Assembly (NCBI RefSeq): GCF_018977255.1
Contig: NW_024704742.1
Coordinates: 42,658,001-42,722,000, forward strand
DNA length: 64,000 bases
Direction of reading: 5' to 3'
Origin: Callorhinchus milii
Taxonomy: Eukaryota
Shown one piece after another: positions 28,085 through 41,139 of the stretch (position 1 is its first letter; every line of letters begins with the position of its first letter). Made by a program: the position numbers and the translations under genes. Below the pieces are notes generated by a model. It saw only the letters and a list, made by a program, of their open reading frames with translations, was not told the DNA's origin and did not search any database.

Positions 28085-28430
28085 GTAATAATAATCCTTG
28101 CATTTGATATAACACCTTAAGAAGTCGTTGAGACATTTCAAAGTGCTTCACAGAATTTATTGTAAAGTGAAATAAAAACAGAAATCACTGGGAATATAAA
28201 CTGGTCTGATGAAAGATCATCAACCTGAAACGTTAACTCACTTCCCTCTCTCCATAAATGCTGCCTGACCTGCTGAGTGTTCCCAGCAACTTCTGTTTTT
28301 ATTTTAGATTTCCAGCATCTGCAGTATTTTGCCTTTTGTATACTGTAAAGTGAATTGACTGAGTATTTGGTTGGCGAAATGCGGCAGCCAGTTGCGCACC
28401 ACAAACAGTCGTGAATTGAGTGACCAACTT
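28085..28430 (-). mobile_element. SINE 3' half interrupted by a Penelope-type insert
   Basis: SINE tail at 28085-28171 resumes at 28339-28430. Confidence 0.85.
28172..28338 (+). mobile_element. Penelope-like short element with inverted 5' segment and degenerate hammerhead
   Basis: CTGATGA (28206-28212)...GAAACGTT, same downstream body as 4233-4340, flanked by a 16-bp imperfect duplication. Confidence 0.75.
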
Positions 28431-29069
28431 TTTTTGTGTTAAATGAATATTCCAGTTGAAGGCTTTATCCAGAGCTTTCTCATCAAAATCATTATAAAAT
28501 ATCATCTACTACTGATTATTTTTATTTTGAGTAATTCATTTATGGCTTCGTAAAAAAATAATTTGCCTATTTGTCTCTTGTGACACTTTTTCCATCACTA
28601 CCAATAAAGAGCTGTGCAAAGGTTTTGTTCATATATTCAGATATTACCAAGAAGAACCCAATTGAGGGCAGAGCCACAGAAAATACCTTTGAAAGACCAA
28701 CATATTAGAATTCTGAAAACTAGGTTAAAATCAGTTGACACAGAATTCTCTTATTACCCTTGAAACAAATGCAATATCTGTATGAACGTTAATTGGTTGA
28801 ATCAAATATCCGTGAGCTACAATCAAGAAATCAAGCATTTTGAGATTTTTAATAAATTAGGTGATTAGATAAATAACTGTAAATTAGCATTTACTGATTA
28901 CACATGCAGTTTAACATGAAGAAATGCCAAAATAAATATGTATTGAATGGAAATGAGCTTTAGTTATCAGAGCAGGAGAGAGAACTGTGCTTTTGGTGGG
29001 ACGATCACTGGATCCAGTGGTAGAAAGCAAATAAAAAAATGTTTTAGTCAAGAGAGATTTTAAAATTGC

Positions 29070-29340
29070 ATGTGGCCTTGGAAAGGCTGGCTATACGCTG
29101 AAGTACTGTGAGCAGTTTTGATCTCCCTATTTCATGAAGAATCTTTAGGTTCTGGAGGGGATTGTAGCAAAGGGCTATCAGATTAATCCCAGAATTTCAA
29201 GGGCAGACTATGAGGAAAGATTGGCCATCCCTGAAGTTTCTCCTTTTAACAGAGAAGACTCGGGGGTGGGGGGGGGGGGGGGGGTTACTCGATAGAGGTG
29301 CTTAACATTGTGAAGTGTTTGAACAATGTGGATCTAGATA
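29070..29340 (+). mobile_element. Old CR1 ORF2 C-terminal fragment containing a poly-G tract (29262-29284)
   Basis: CTGAAGTACTGTGAGCAGTTTTGATCTCCCTAT corresponds to a decayed LEYCVQFWSPY. Confidence 0.6.
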
Positions 29341-31059
29341 TATATGCTTCATTGACCTCATGGTTGATTGGTCAAATGATCAATATTTAAATTCTCTGAT
29401 AACCTGGTTTCTTTCATCATTGCATATTGAGGTAATGGGTTATTGCTCTTTGAATAATCATTGACTGTGGAGCTATAATAAAGGAAACAATTGATTAACA
29501 TCCAAATTGCACGCATTATTTCATCATTAAGAAAAGTAGTTTCCTTAAATGTTTGTGGGACCTCACTGCAGTAAATTGCTGTGCATTTGTCTATAAAAGC
29601 AATCACTACATTTGAATAATTATCTGTGAAACACCTTGCAAAGTGCGGACATAAGGTACGATATTAATCTAAGTCCTTTCTATTAGGTATTAAATTTAAT
29701 AAACAGTCATACAGAGGCAACAAAAGAGAATACAAGAAGCAGGTGGTTTTATTAAAATGTTGCTTGGCATGTGGAAGAGACTATTAGTACAGGCAGTGGA
29801 TTCAAAACCACAAATATCAAAAAAGAACAAGAGACATTTTGTCAACTAAAATGATTCAGTTATTGAATTTCGAGACTGATGTATAAAGGGAATCCTGTGG
29901 GAAATTGGATGGGCAGGCCTAGATAGTTAGCTTCATCTTCTGCCTGAAATTGTTGTAATATTACTTAAGAAAGCTGAAAAAAATCCATCCATTCTGCAAA
30001 AGATTAACTCAAGGTCTTCTTCAAGACTGGATTTGATCCTTTGCAGTGCTCTATCCAGATTGGTCTTTGACATCTACAGGGCTCATCCCAATGAGGATTG
30101 GCAGGATTGACCCAGCATATATAGCTGAATTGTATCAATGCATTGTTTAACCAGCAAAACAAACAGCTTTTTAATACACATGTCTCAAATCCACTTAGAT
30201 TAAATCATCAATGCCTGAAGGTGGAATCAGAATTAATTTGCTTAAACTCTCACCTTTGCCTAGACACTAGTTACCCCATACAAGCAACCTCATCCATCCC
30301 CAGGAATTAGCTGTCACACTTATCTGGTGTTCAGTGAAACTCAAGATTGTGGAAATCCTTACCTCCAAACATGTTTTATTTATCCTATAACACGCAAGCT
30401 TCATGTCACCTAACCTCCTTGATTTACTATAAAACTGTGCAAAATTCCAGATTTTGGAAATTGGAGGCAGCCTGAGTGTTTTGTGAATGCTGAGTACGAA
30501 AGCCAAGCATTTTTGGACAAAGTCATTTTGTTTAAAGATGCTGTATAGAATGTGTGAAAAATTAATTATCTGCAAATTTCCAATTTTACACCATCTTGAT
30601 CTCCCTCCGGCACTTTTCAGCCTTTCTCGTGCCCTGTTCTGCTGATATTAGACCCCAAACAATAGTTTTACTTTCATCAAAGATTAATGCTGAGAAATAA
30701 AGGCAAAGACAGCAACACAACGGAGTCTGATTTGTAACATTCTTCACTTTGATTAACAATCATGCAAAGCTCAACCCATGGAAAAGGCAGAGTTAATTTG
30801 GAATCTTGCCAAACAGCTTTGTGGGCCAACTTTAGCTCAACCATAGTGACAGACTTAGTAGGGGCATTCACACTCAGGAATTAGTCACTAAATAAGAGAT
30901 AGACTGGTCACATTTTTTCAATGTGTTAATTACCAGTGATGTATGTTCATAGATCTCAGGTCGCAATTTTCACCCCAAATTGTACCAAAATGATCTAGAA
31001 ACATCATTGTGGACAAACCCGTTTATGTGGAAAACAGAATTATACAGCACGGAAATGAC

Positions 31060-31665
31060 CAACAACAACAACAAGATTCCATTTATAGAGCGTCTTTCAC
31101 GTCGGGAGGACGTCCCAAGGCACTGTACAGTTGGGTCAGGACCCGAGCAGGGGGGAAATGGTCAGGGTGAGGGGAGGGAAGGGAGGGAGCGAGGAGGGGG
31201 TAGAGAGTCGAGAGGGGAGCTGAAGGCACGGTCAAAGAGAAAGGTCTTGAGACTGGCCTTGAAGGAGGAAAGGGAGGAGGCGGCGAAGGCACTGGGGGAT
31301 AGAGTTCCAGAGCCTAGGGGCTGAGAGGCTGAAGGCCTGGCCACCGATGGTAGGGCGGTTGGGGCGGGGGATGTGGAGCAGACCGGAGCCAGAGGAACGG
31401 AGGGTACGGGCAGGTAGGTAGGGGATAGTAGGTCGGAGAGGTAGGAGGGAGCAAGGCCGTGAATGGCCTTGTAGGTGAGGATGAGGATCTTGAATTCGAT
31501 CCTCTGGGGGATGGGGAGCCAGTGGAGGCGAGCGAGGGTGGGAGTGATGTGGTCCCGAAGCCTGGTGCGGGACAGTACACGAGCTGCAGAGTTCTGAATG
31601 ACCTGCAGCTTGTGGAGGGAGGTGCCGGGAAGGCCGGCGAGGAGAGAGTTCCCATAGTCCAGCCT
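31060..31665 (-). mobile_element. L2 LINE 3' end, relatively young (GC/CpG-rich)
   Basis: PYLPARTLRSSGSGLLHIPRPNRPTIGGQAFSLSAPRLWNSIP and SFKASLKTFLFDRAF are typical of the L2 ORF2 C-terminus; 3' UTR ends in (GTT)n. Confidence 0.9.
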
Positions 31666-31689
31666 TTACCAAGTAAAATGAAGGAAATA

Positions 31690-32240
31690 TCAGATGACCA
31701 ACTAGTGACTATCCTTCTTGAAGTGTGGGGGTGTGGGGGCAGGGGAGGTAAGCAAGGTCTCCTCGGATCTGAACTTGCTCCAAGGTGACATGTTTAGCCA
31801 TAGAATTTCAGAATCGCACCAACCTTCTGTGGCGGTCTCGGTAATCCAGATCCTGAGCCAGGCAGGTCCACAGTACTCCAGGCCATTGCTGGTCACAGCA
31901 CAGCCAACTAGGCTTGTCAGCAGGGCATGGACGTGCAGACCAGTGACTGGGGGTGGGGACTCTTCCCACTCAGCTCCCATGAAACCTAACCCAAAGCCCT
32001 AACGAATAGGATGGGTCTAGCTGGACACGCACTGGGAAAACTTGCAAGACACTGCTTTCAATGGCAAGCTAAGTAGTTTTAGTTTGTTAAATTCCAGCAA
32101 TATCCCAATGCACACTCTGAAATCCCCAAGCCTTGGGTTATTGCCAACCTACACTCCAGAATTAAACAATTTATTAATAATCTAGAATTAGCATGGTGAT
32201 GGGTATCCGTATGTGTTGAACATCCGGTTGACCAAAACAA
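31690..32240 (+). repeat. Unnamed ~550-bp interspersed repeat (family C), longest copy
   Basis: Reverse-complement homologous along its length to 25690-26277; partial copies elsewhere in the window. Confidence 0.75.
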
Positions 32241-32244
32241 TAAA

Positions 32245-32815
32245 ACACGGAATCAGACCATTCAGCTGAACTAATCCATGCCAATGTTTATACTCTACAC
32301 AAGCCCTCAACCCTCCTAATCACTTCTTCTATACTACTCTATTCCCTTATCCCCATGTATGTATCCACTTTTCTCTTAAATACGTTGATGTTTTTTGCTG
32401 AACCACAGCTGCTGGCAGTGAGTTTCACATTTTCACCGCTCTCTGCATAAAAAAGTTCTTTCTAGATTTCCTTTTAGATCTTCCAGTGAATATTCTATAT
32501 TTATGGGCCTCATTTTGGACTTACTAAAAGTGAAAAAGCCTATTAACGTCCAGCCTTTCATAATCTTAAAATCCTGTCAAGTCCCCTCCCAATCGTCTCA
32601 TCTTCCATAAAAGCTCCAACCTGTCCAATATGTTTTAATAGCAATATCCACTCACCACTGGTAGATTTGCTTTCCTTGCAAATCTATATGGCACTCTCTC
32701 CAGGGTTGCAATATCTTTCCTGCATTATGACAAGAAGAACTGTACACAGTACTCCAAATGTGATCTAACCAAAGCAGCATATAAATTTAACATTACTTCC
32801 CTACTTTGATATTCT
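32245..32815 (-). mobile_element. Old CR1 3' fragment
   Basis: Reverse strand has CACATTTGGAGTACTGTGTACAGTTCT (HLEYCVQF) and decayed 3' UTR. Confidence 0.7.
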
Positions 32816-33220
32816 GATGATGTACCAAGGAAAAGTTCAGGTCAATAGTAGTTTTAGATGTTTCTTCTTTTAATCTCCATACTCCATGTCCTATTCCTTG
32901 GATGTATTTTCCAATCTTAATATTGAGCTGCTTGCTTTGGGGTATGAGGAATGACTTAACTGCCTATTAACCCTCCCTTGTAGGAAAACAAGTTTTGACT
33001 CATGTGCCATCTGAACACCAGCATAGCCATGATTATGGGAAATACTTGCCACTCACCGTTATCTTTTCGCCCACAAATATACAGTCAATTCACTTCATAG
33101 TATATTCTGGAAGCGCTTTGAGACATCTAGAAGGCGTGGAAAGCGCTATATCAATTGCAAGGATTATTATTATTATTATTATTATTTGCTGCACACCCCA
33201 TAGTGTGAAAACCATTGATC

Positions 33221-33865
33221 AATTTCAGGCACCACATCTCAGGAAAGATATATTGGCCCTGGAGGGAGTACAGCGCAGATTCACCAGAATGATACCAGAG
33301 CTTAAAAGGTTAAATTATCAGGACAAGTTGCATAAGCTTGTCTTATTTCCCTTGAGTTTAGAAGGTTAAGAGGTGATCTAATTGAGGTGTTTAAAATGAT
33401 AAAGGGATTCCATAGGATAGATACAGAGAAACTATTTCCTCTGGTGGGGAATCTAGAACAATGGGGCATAACCTTAAAATTAAGAGTTATGCCATTTAGG
33501 AGTGAAATCAGTAAGCAGTTTTTCCACACAAAGGGTAATGGAAACAATAATAATAATAATAATCCTTGCATTTGATATAGCGCTTTTCATGTCTTCTAGA
33601 GTCTTAAAGTGCTTCACAGAATATGCTGTGAAGTGAAATGACTACATTTGTGGGCGAAATATGGAGCTTTTTCCCAAAAGGCTGTGATTGCTGAATTAAT
33701 TGAAATTTTCAAGACTGTAGTTAATAGATTTTTGTTAAGTCAGGGTATCAAGGAATATGGAGCAAAAGCGGGTGAATGGAGTTGAGAGGTACAGATCATC
33801 CAAAATCTAATAGAATGGCAGAACAGGCTTGAGGGGCTGAATGGCCTTCTCCTGATCCTATGATC
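33221..33865 (+). mobile_element. CR1 3' end with a SINE tail inserted at ~33544-33660
   Basis: APHLRKDILALEGVQRRFTRMIP, RGDLIEVFK, then the CR1 3' UTR (GAATGGCCTTCTCCTG). Confidence 0.9.
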
Positions 33866-34339
33866 AGAACACTCACAGGCTTTAGGACCCATACAACCTC
33901 TCTGATAGTACAGTATACCAGGAGAACAAAAGGTCAGTGAAAATGATTAATTGTCATCTGATCAAGAGCTGTAACAGTACCAGCCCCAGGACACTCAGGT
34001 AAGGTCAAAAGTTCTCGGAGGGATAAGATCTTCCTACTTGACATTTGACACAAACATCAGGGATTAGGGGCTGGGCTAAGAGGACAGGTTGATCTCGCCT
34101 GAGGTTTTTGGCTGTTCAGATGAGGTCCTGTTTTTGTCTCTTTACATGTAGAGAGTTGGTGCTTCTTGATGGAAAGTAGGAGTGTAATAACAGGGAAGCA
34201 TGAATGCAAGGGGCTGACTGGCTAAAATACTGGGTTAAGATGGAAAAGAGCCTTTGAGTGTCAAATTAAATTCTGCACGTATGATTCTCTTAAAGCCTGC
34301 AAGTTTCTGTCTCGTCCATCCTTGCTTATGATTATCAGG

Positions 34340-34645
34340 GGCGAAATCTTAAGCAGGTTTTCTTACTCCACATACCTCTGTTTACTTAGCAGTAAGTTGG
34401 AACCCGGTTGTTAGTTGATTGACGGATCACTTTCTGTGGGTTATAATCCCTTTAATAAATTAATTTTTTTAACAGGTAATAATAATTTAGTCTAATCTAC
34501 GACTGTTTGTGGAAGACTTCTGTATGCATTTCGCTCACAAAATATACACTTAATTCACTTTACAATGTATTCTGTGAAGCGCTTGGAGATGTCTCAATGA
34601 TGTGATAAAGCGCTATATCAAACGCAAGGATTATTATTATTATTA
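34340..34645 (+). mobile_element. SINE family A copy (headless)
   Basis: CTTACTCCACATACCTCTGTTTACTTAGCAGTAAGTTGGAACCCGG matches 16960-17005; same tail. Confidence 0.85.
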
Positions 34646-36054
34646 CTAGGTGCACGACATTTTTCCCCAACAACATTAAGACAAGACTTCTGAAGCACAA
34701 TTTCAGCGTTTCAATCAACATGTTTCCAGCTAACAAGCATCCTGATTTCCAAATTTAGAAGCCTGCATTTCCACTGTCAGCTCTCAATGTATTTGACTGC
34801 TTCTGCATCAATATTATTGGCTCCCAATAGCATTTTATAACTCCCATGCTCTACTTAAAATGAAGCCGAGACTCTGTGCTGTTTACTGTAACTCCCTGAG
34901 GCAAAGTGAAATAAAAGAAAGACCAAAGCTGACACCACACGACTGTGCTGAAATTCAGCAGAATGAAAATACACAGAATCAATTTCCCTGTCAGAAACTG
35001 ATATAAGCCATTAGACTTAGAATAATGGATAATCAGGGCTGAACTGCATTTGAGCACCAGGGTCTCCAGTTGGCTTGAGCCAGTATATCTATGAGTGGAG
35101 CAGCCATGAGTTGTGACAGGGTGAGAAATCACCAATGAAGAGCACTAATTCACATACGGTGTGCAACAGGCTTTTGACACCGGAATACAAAATCATGGGG
35201 AAATAAGATACACATTCTGACGTACAAATTTCTACTTGTGAGGATATAATTTTTTAAAACAAGAGTGGAGCGTTAAATTCAGTGCTCTCAGTTCAACTAA
35301 AACTTGATCTTTCAAATGAAGGCTGCCGTGCCAAATTGTAAAACCACAAAAGGAACAAATAGTCTCAGTCCATTTTAGTGCTGGCAGAAGCCATCGATGT
35401 ACTTCATGTCCTTGATGCATGCTGAAGTTTGCACAAGCATATTAACTATTTGAAATGTTCTTGCCACAGATTTATCGAAAACTAATTTGCAGAGGGCTAC
35501 TAAAAAAAAAGTTATTTCCAGAATATTGTATATTGTAAATCTGTCCTACTTGTGCAAGCATGTAGGGTGTCTTTTGAGAGACTCTTCTTCAGGTTTCCTC
35601 TGGCATTTGGAAGAAAGATAAAAGGAAGGATAATATTTCCTAATGATGTGACTTATACAACTGTTAACATCTGCAAAAACAGATGTTTCTGCCTAAAGAA
35701 AGTTTCATATTCTCCTTATGAGCAGGATGAGAATACAGTATACACAGTTTGAAATCACGCTTGGCATTCTATTAAAGTGAGTAACAATCAAATATTCTGA
35801 GACTCAGTCAAGTGAAGGCTGCGATATCACAATTGGTCTCAGCATCCCTCAGTTGGGGACCAGGTTTCCCTTAATCCAGCAACTGCTATTGGAATGTGTG
35901 TGAAAGTCAGGTGAGAACAGAATGGTTCTGCGTTTGGCTCTGACCCTGATTGGAGTAAATGTTCATTGTCAAGGCTCACAAATGAAATCGCCCTTCAAAT
36001 AAATCTGCTGGAAGACAAACAGCACCCAAGGAATCAACAACAAAATAATAACTA

Positions 36055-36520
36055 ACAACAACAAAATTACATGTGCATAGCACCTTTCAGGTCAGGAGGA
36101 CATCCCAAGGCGCTGCACAATCAGTGTTTCAGACCCAAGCTGAAGATCAGGGAGGGTGGAGAGCAGCGGGGGAAAGGAGGGTGACCAAAGGCACGATCGA
36201 AGAGGAGGGTCTTGAGATGGGTCTTGAAGGAGGCAAGCGAGGGGGCGAGGTGGTGGGATTGCGGGATGGAGTTCCAAAGTGTGGGGGCAGAGTAGCTGTA
36301 GGCCCGTGTGCCAATGGTGGGGAACCTGAAGCAGGCTGAAGCTCGCTAAGCGGAGGGAGCAGGCAGGTTGGTAGGGAGTTAGGAAGTCACAGAGGTAGAG
36401 GGGAGCAAGGCTATGAAGGGCTTTGAAAGTGAGGACCAGGATCTTGAACTGTATCCTCTGTGTGATGGGAAGCCAGTGGAGTCGGGCGAGGATTGGGGTG
36501 ATGGGGTTGCGGAGCATGGT
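36055..36520 (-). mobile_element. L2 LINE 3' end
   Basis: ITPILARLHWLPITQRIQFKILVLTFKALHSLAPLYL; (GTT)n tail. Confidence 0.9.
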
Positions 36521-37639
36521 ATGGGAGAGGACATGGGCTTCACACCCAAGTATGTTTTATTATCCACCTGGATGTCTGACACATGCCAAAAAACATTGCC
36601 ATGCTTAAGAGTAACCAAACCATACAGAGAGGTCCTCATATACATTTCACCTACACATGGAAATCTCCTGTGTGTGGAGTAGATGTGTACTCTCTCGCCA
36701 GAGGGACACACCCTGCCTACCTAACCCCGGAGAGTATCAAGCACAGGTTGATGAGAGCAAAGGTTGTGGACACCAGATTGTGAGTTGCAGTACTGCTGGA
36801 GTTTTACCGGGTAAAACCAGGTAAATATCCATTGCAAAAAACATCTGGCTAGCTAGCTTGTCATGCTAGAACCTTGTTAGATCCTTTGCAAGGTTAACAG
36901 AAGCCAAGTGGGAATAATCCCTGCCCTGGACTGAGGATTACTCAGCACCTTCAGGAGAGAAGGCAACCATTTAGCTGTTGAATTACAATATCGACGGGTC
37001 ACCAAAATAATTAAATAAGCAATTGACAAATTGACAGGTTTTAAATTCGATATAAATCCTGATTCTACTTCATTAAAGAAATTAAATAAGTGCTGATTGA
37101 ACTTAATAACAAGCAAGGGATATTAAATTGAGATCTGGTCTGCTTGTTCAGGTGCACGTTAAAGGATCCCATGGCACTATTCGAAAGAGAAGGGTGTTTC
37201 TCCTGGGTTTTGTCCAACAACCTCCCAGATAACATTAGTGACTCCATGACTGTTTATGTGAAAAATTGGCTGTCGTGTTCGCTTTCAAAATATGTACTCA
37301 CTGCACTTCACCATTACTTTACAGTAATGTCCTCCCAATGTGAAAGGCACAATATCAAATACAAGGATTATTATTTATTATAAATTAAGGTTTGACTTAT
37401 TAATTGTTTGAGCAGCACATTCGCTTGCAAGCCCCTTCTATGTGTTGCAGACCAGGGGCGAATGCTCCCTCTTTCTGCATGCTGCTGCTAATCTTCTTCA
37501 CTGGCCTCACCAGCTAGGGTTCCCTACAATCACATACATGGCTCAAACACACTCTCGATTCTAGGTACCTCCTGGCCACATAGACCAGGACAGGTCATAC
37601 AGGAACAGATGTGCTGGTGCTCCTGGTCTTTCTCCACTT

Positions 37640-37795
37640 GATACATTTCTAAAGGATAGAGGGATTAAGGGATATGGGGATAAGGCGGGCAGATGGAGTT
37701 AGGTTAGAAGATCAGCCATGATCTTATTGAATGGTGGGGCAGGCTCGAGGGGCCGAATAGCCTTCTCCTGCTCCTAATTCTTATGTTCCTATGTG
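37640..37795 (+). mobile_element. CR1 3' UTR tail
   Basis: Near-identical to 49240-49390 (TTTCTAAAGGATAGAGGGATTAAGGGATAT...CTCCTGCTCCTA). Confidence 0.85.
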
Positions 37796-40700
37796 GGGAA
37801 TAAGACATCTGGCAACCTAGCCTCGGTGTTAGAAACCAGCCAGGTTTAAACTATAGATATAATTAGTTTAGACAGTTAGTTTCAACAAGCAAACGTCTAC
37901 AGCAAAATGCTCGGAATATGGCAGTAATTGGCGCTAACCTTCTGCCAATCTCTCAGACACATTAAAGTCTGCCTGTCATGTAAGATCTGAACTATCAACC
38001 TTGTTATTCTTCCGAGGTTGGAGCACTGTCCTTCTGCGCATCCCCAATTCCTCCGCACCATGCTATCCTGCATGAAGGGCGCTTTATGTTGTTGTTACAG
38101 CACACTAATGGCCAGTGCTCAGTGTGGAGTAATGGAAAATATTCCACTTGCAGCATGGATTTTCTTTTACCTTGAAAGAAATGATTCTTTCTGCAAAGTA
38201 ACAGCACATTGAAGCTCAAACATACACAAATTATATTCAGCATATAATAATAATACTTGCCTTTGATATAGCATCTTATCACACCATTGAAATGTGATTT
38301 ATCATAAGGTGTAGTGATTGTGTATAAATGTATTGATATTTTAGGCTAGGTTTTTCTGTTTCCAAATCTTTGAAAAAAACCAGATTTTTTCAGCTAATTA
38401 GATTATGTAAGAACCTACCATTGCTGTTCAGAGGAAACTACCTTAAGGATATTGTGTAAGCTGTCAGGAATGTTGCTTAGAACTGCAAAACAAAATTAGG
38501 ACACAGTAATAGCAAACCTTGGGATATATACCTGGCAGCAAAGGAAAGCCAGCCTCATAAAATAAGGGTTCGACAATACTCAATGTGAGAAGCAGTAACA
38601 TTTTGGACACAGTTTATGCAACAACACTTTTGTATCATAGTCTCACTCTACACTATTTTTTGTAACTGACACCTGTAGTTGCTGTCTGGCAGGTATTGGA
38701 TTGAACACTCCATTTTTTGGCTGAGTTGTTCAGAAACATTAAAGGTCCCATGGCACTATTTGTAAGGACAAGGGTGTTTCTCCCAGTGACCTGGCCAATA
38801 GTGCCCTAGATAAAATCGACCATTCACTCATGGCTGTTGGGGCATTGTTGTGTGCAAATTGACTGTCATGTTTGCTGACAAAATGCAGTCACTACACTGT
38901 ACAGGTTTGAGATGTTTGAATGATGTGATAAGGCAGTATGTGAAATGTAAGGATTGTTATTATGTATAAAAATATTTAGAGGTATTAATAATTAAGGTTT
39001 ACAATGAATTTTATACAGCAGGAAAGCAAACTCTAGAACTCAAGCCATGAACTTTGAACTCCTGCCCAGCTTTCTCCATTTACCTTTATATAATTTACGG
39101 CACTGATGTGGGATGTTGTTTATGACCCAATAGCTGCCATTTTGTGAATATGTTACAGACATTGGATTTGACCTATTGTCTTTGTTGTTGTCTTTGATTC
39201 CACTCATAACATAAGAATCTGATTGCATATAAGCCGTGTATGTGCAGGTTTGCTGATTTTAAATTTTTTTGAAAATTTTGATGGGTAATAGACGTTTATA
39301 TAGCTTGATTTGTTTAAATTTTCATCAAGGCCCAAAATGGCTGACAGTATCTATCTGCACCACATAAGATATAACATCCAAGGTGAATATACAACCCATT
39401 TCAGTCGTTGTTGCAGTCTGAAACTTGATTAAAAGAAACTGTGAAAATGTTTAATGATGGGAATTCATTTTTTGTAGATGTTAGTCATAATTGGAAAGTT
39501 TCATAATTGGAAATCAGCAACCTTTTGTATATGGTGCAATGATCTTATACAATACAGTTTACATTTATATAGAGACGTTCACTTCAGGACGATATCTCAA
39601 AACACCCAGTGTAGCAGCAATCATATATGCCACACTCATGGGAGGTTCCTTGCTGAACCTGAGATAACCAGACCTGCATCCAAATACTAATCATCCTTGC
39701 ATTTGGTATCACATACTTTCAAGTCAGAAGGACAGGCCAAAGTGCTTCACAAGATATTTTCAAAAATAGAGTGACTCTGTGTTTCGCAAGCAATCGCACA
39801 GTCAATTTAAGCACAGCAATATTCCATAAACTGCCTTGAAGTAAATGACAAATTTTATTTGGGGATTGTTGGCCAGGACAGCGGGAGAAACTCCCTTTGC
39901 CAAATAATGGTAATGGAGATGAAGAAGTGGTAGTATAGCTGTGTGTGAACACCAGGCTCATTCTCTGCTGTTCACTGCTTGCAGGCTTGGTTGACAACAA
40001 CAACAACATATTACATTTGTATAACGCCTTTCACGGTGCGAGTACATCCCAAGGCGCTGGACAGTCAGGGATTTGGACCGTGACTATGGGCTCCAGCAAG
40101 GTTCAGTGCATGCACGGAACACACTGATGTAATTTCCCTGCCATTTAGATTTTTCATATATTTTCTTTCTTTATTTCAAGTGAAATAGATTCCATTTCTC
40201 TACATGTAACATCCGAGCCTTAAATTTGATAAAATAAAATTATTTTCTTCGCCAATATTACATTTCTAGTGCTAAATGACCTGTTTTGTTTCCTGACTGT
40301 ATCCTGAAATGCATTTCTAATATGAAGTGCCTCTAAAGTACAACTTAGCATTGAGATGTTATGCCAAACTCTTCAGTAATTCTATCAAGGAAAGGTTGGC
40401 ATTTTAGTTACATAAGTAGGCTTTTTTTTTTGCAAATTGCAGTGATGACCTTTAATGCATTTGCCTCACCACAATTGTTTACTACTGTGCAGTATTATTA
40501 TACTGCTATTGCTGTCTGTGTGGGAATGTAACTGGATTGGGAGACTGCAGGCTACTTGAAAGATGACACCTGAAACTGTACAGAGTGTCATCTTTTGGTG
40601 TTATAAATGTTTAATAGACGGATAATCCTTCCATTACAATGGGCAAGTTCCCAGATGTATGGGGATGTCTCTGTGAAACTTTAGATGCTAAGACTGGGCA

Positions 40701-41139
40701 GTTTGATTGTTTGTTATCAGCCTCCTGGTTTATAAACTGCTGTAGTGGCTGAACCATATATTGTCAACTTGGAGTCTGTGTAACCACTTTTATACAATAG
40801 TCCTAAACAAGGAATTCAAAGAAAAGCACCAGACTACAAGCTCAGCAACCTTTTATCAGTAGGAAAATACCAGCATCTCCTATAGCAACTCACATGTAAT
40901 GTAGCACTGTTTCTGAAAATTGAACTTTTCAAAGCACTTCATAAGATGAGGATCACCAAACAGGGAGGTGGGGGATGGGATGAGTGTGTTGACCAAAGGC
41001 GTGGTCTTAAAAGATGTGTTTTTAATGAGGGTTCTGAAAGCAATGAAAAGGCAATGAGATTTGGGGAGTAAATTCTAAAGAGCAGAGGTACATTGACTCT
41101 TAATTAAAGGAGTGAGGAACAAGGACTGGACTAGACGTG

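Noticed and set aside
25917..32002. Two similar peptides (25917-26156 minus, 31718-32002 plus) suggesting a duplicated small gene
   Set aside because: The similarity comes from both being copies of repeat family C; other copies do not keep the frame.
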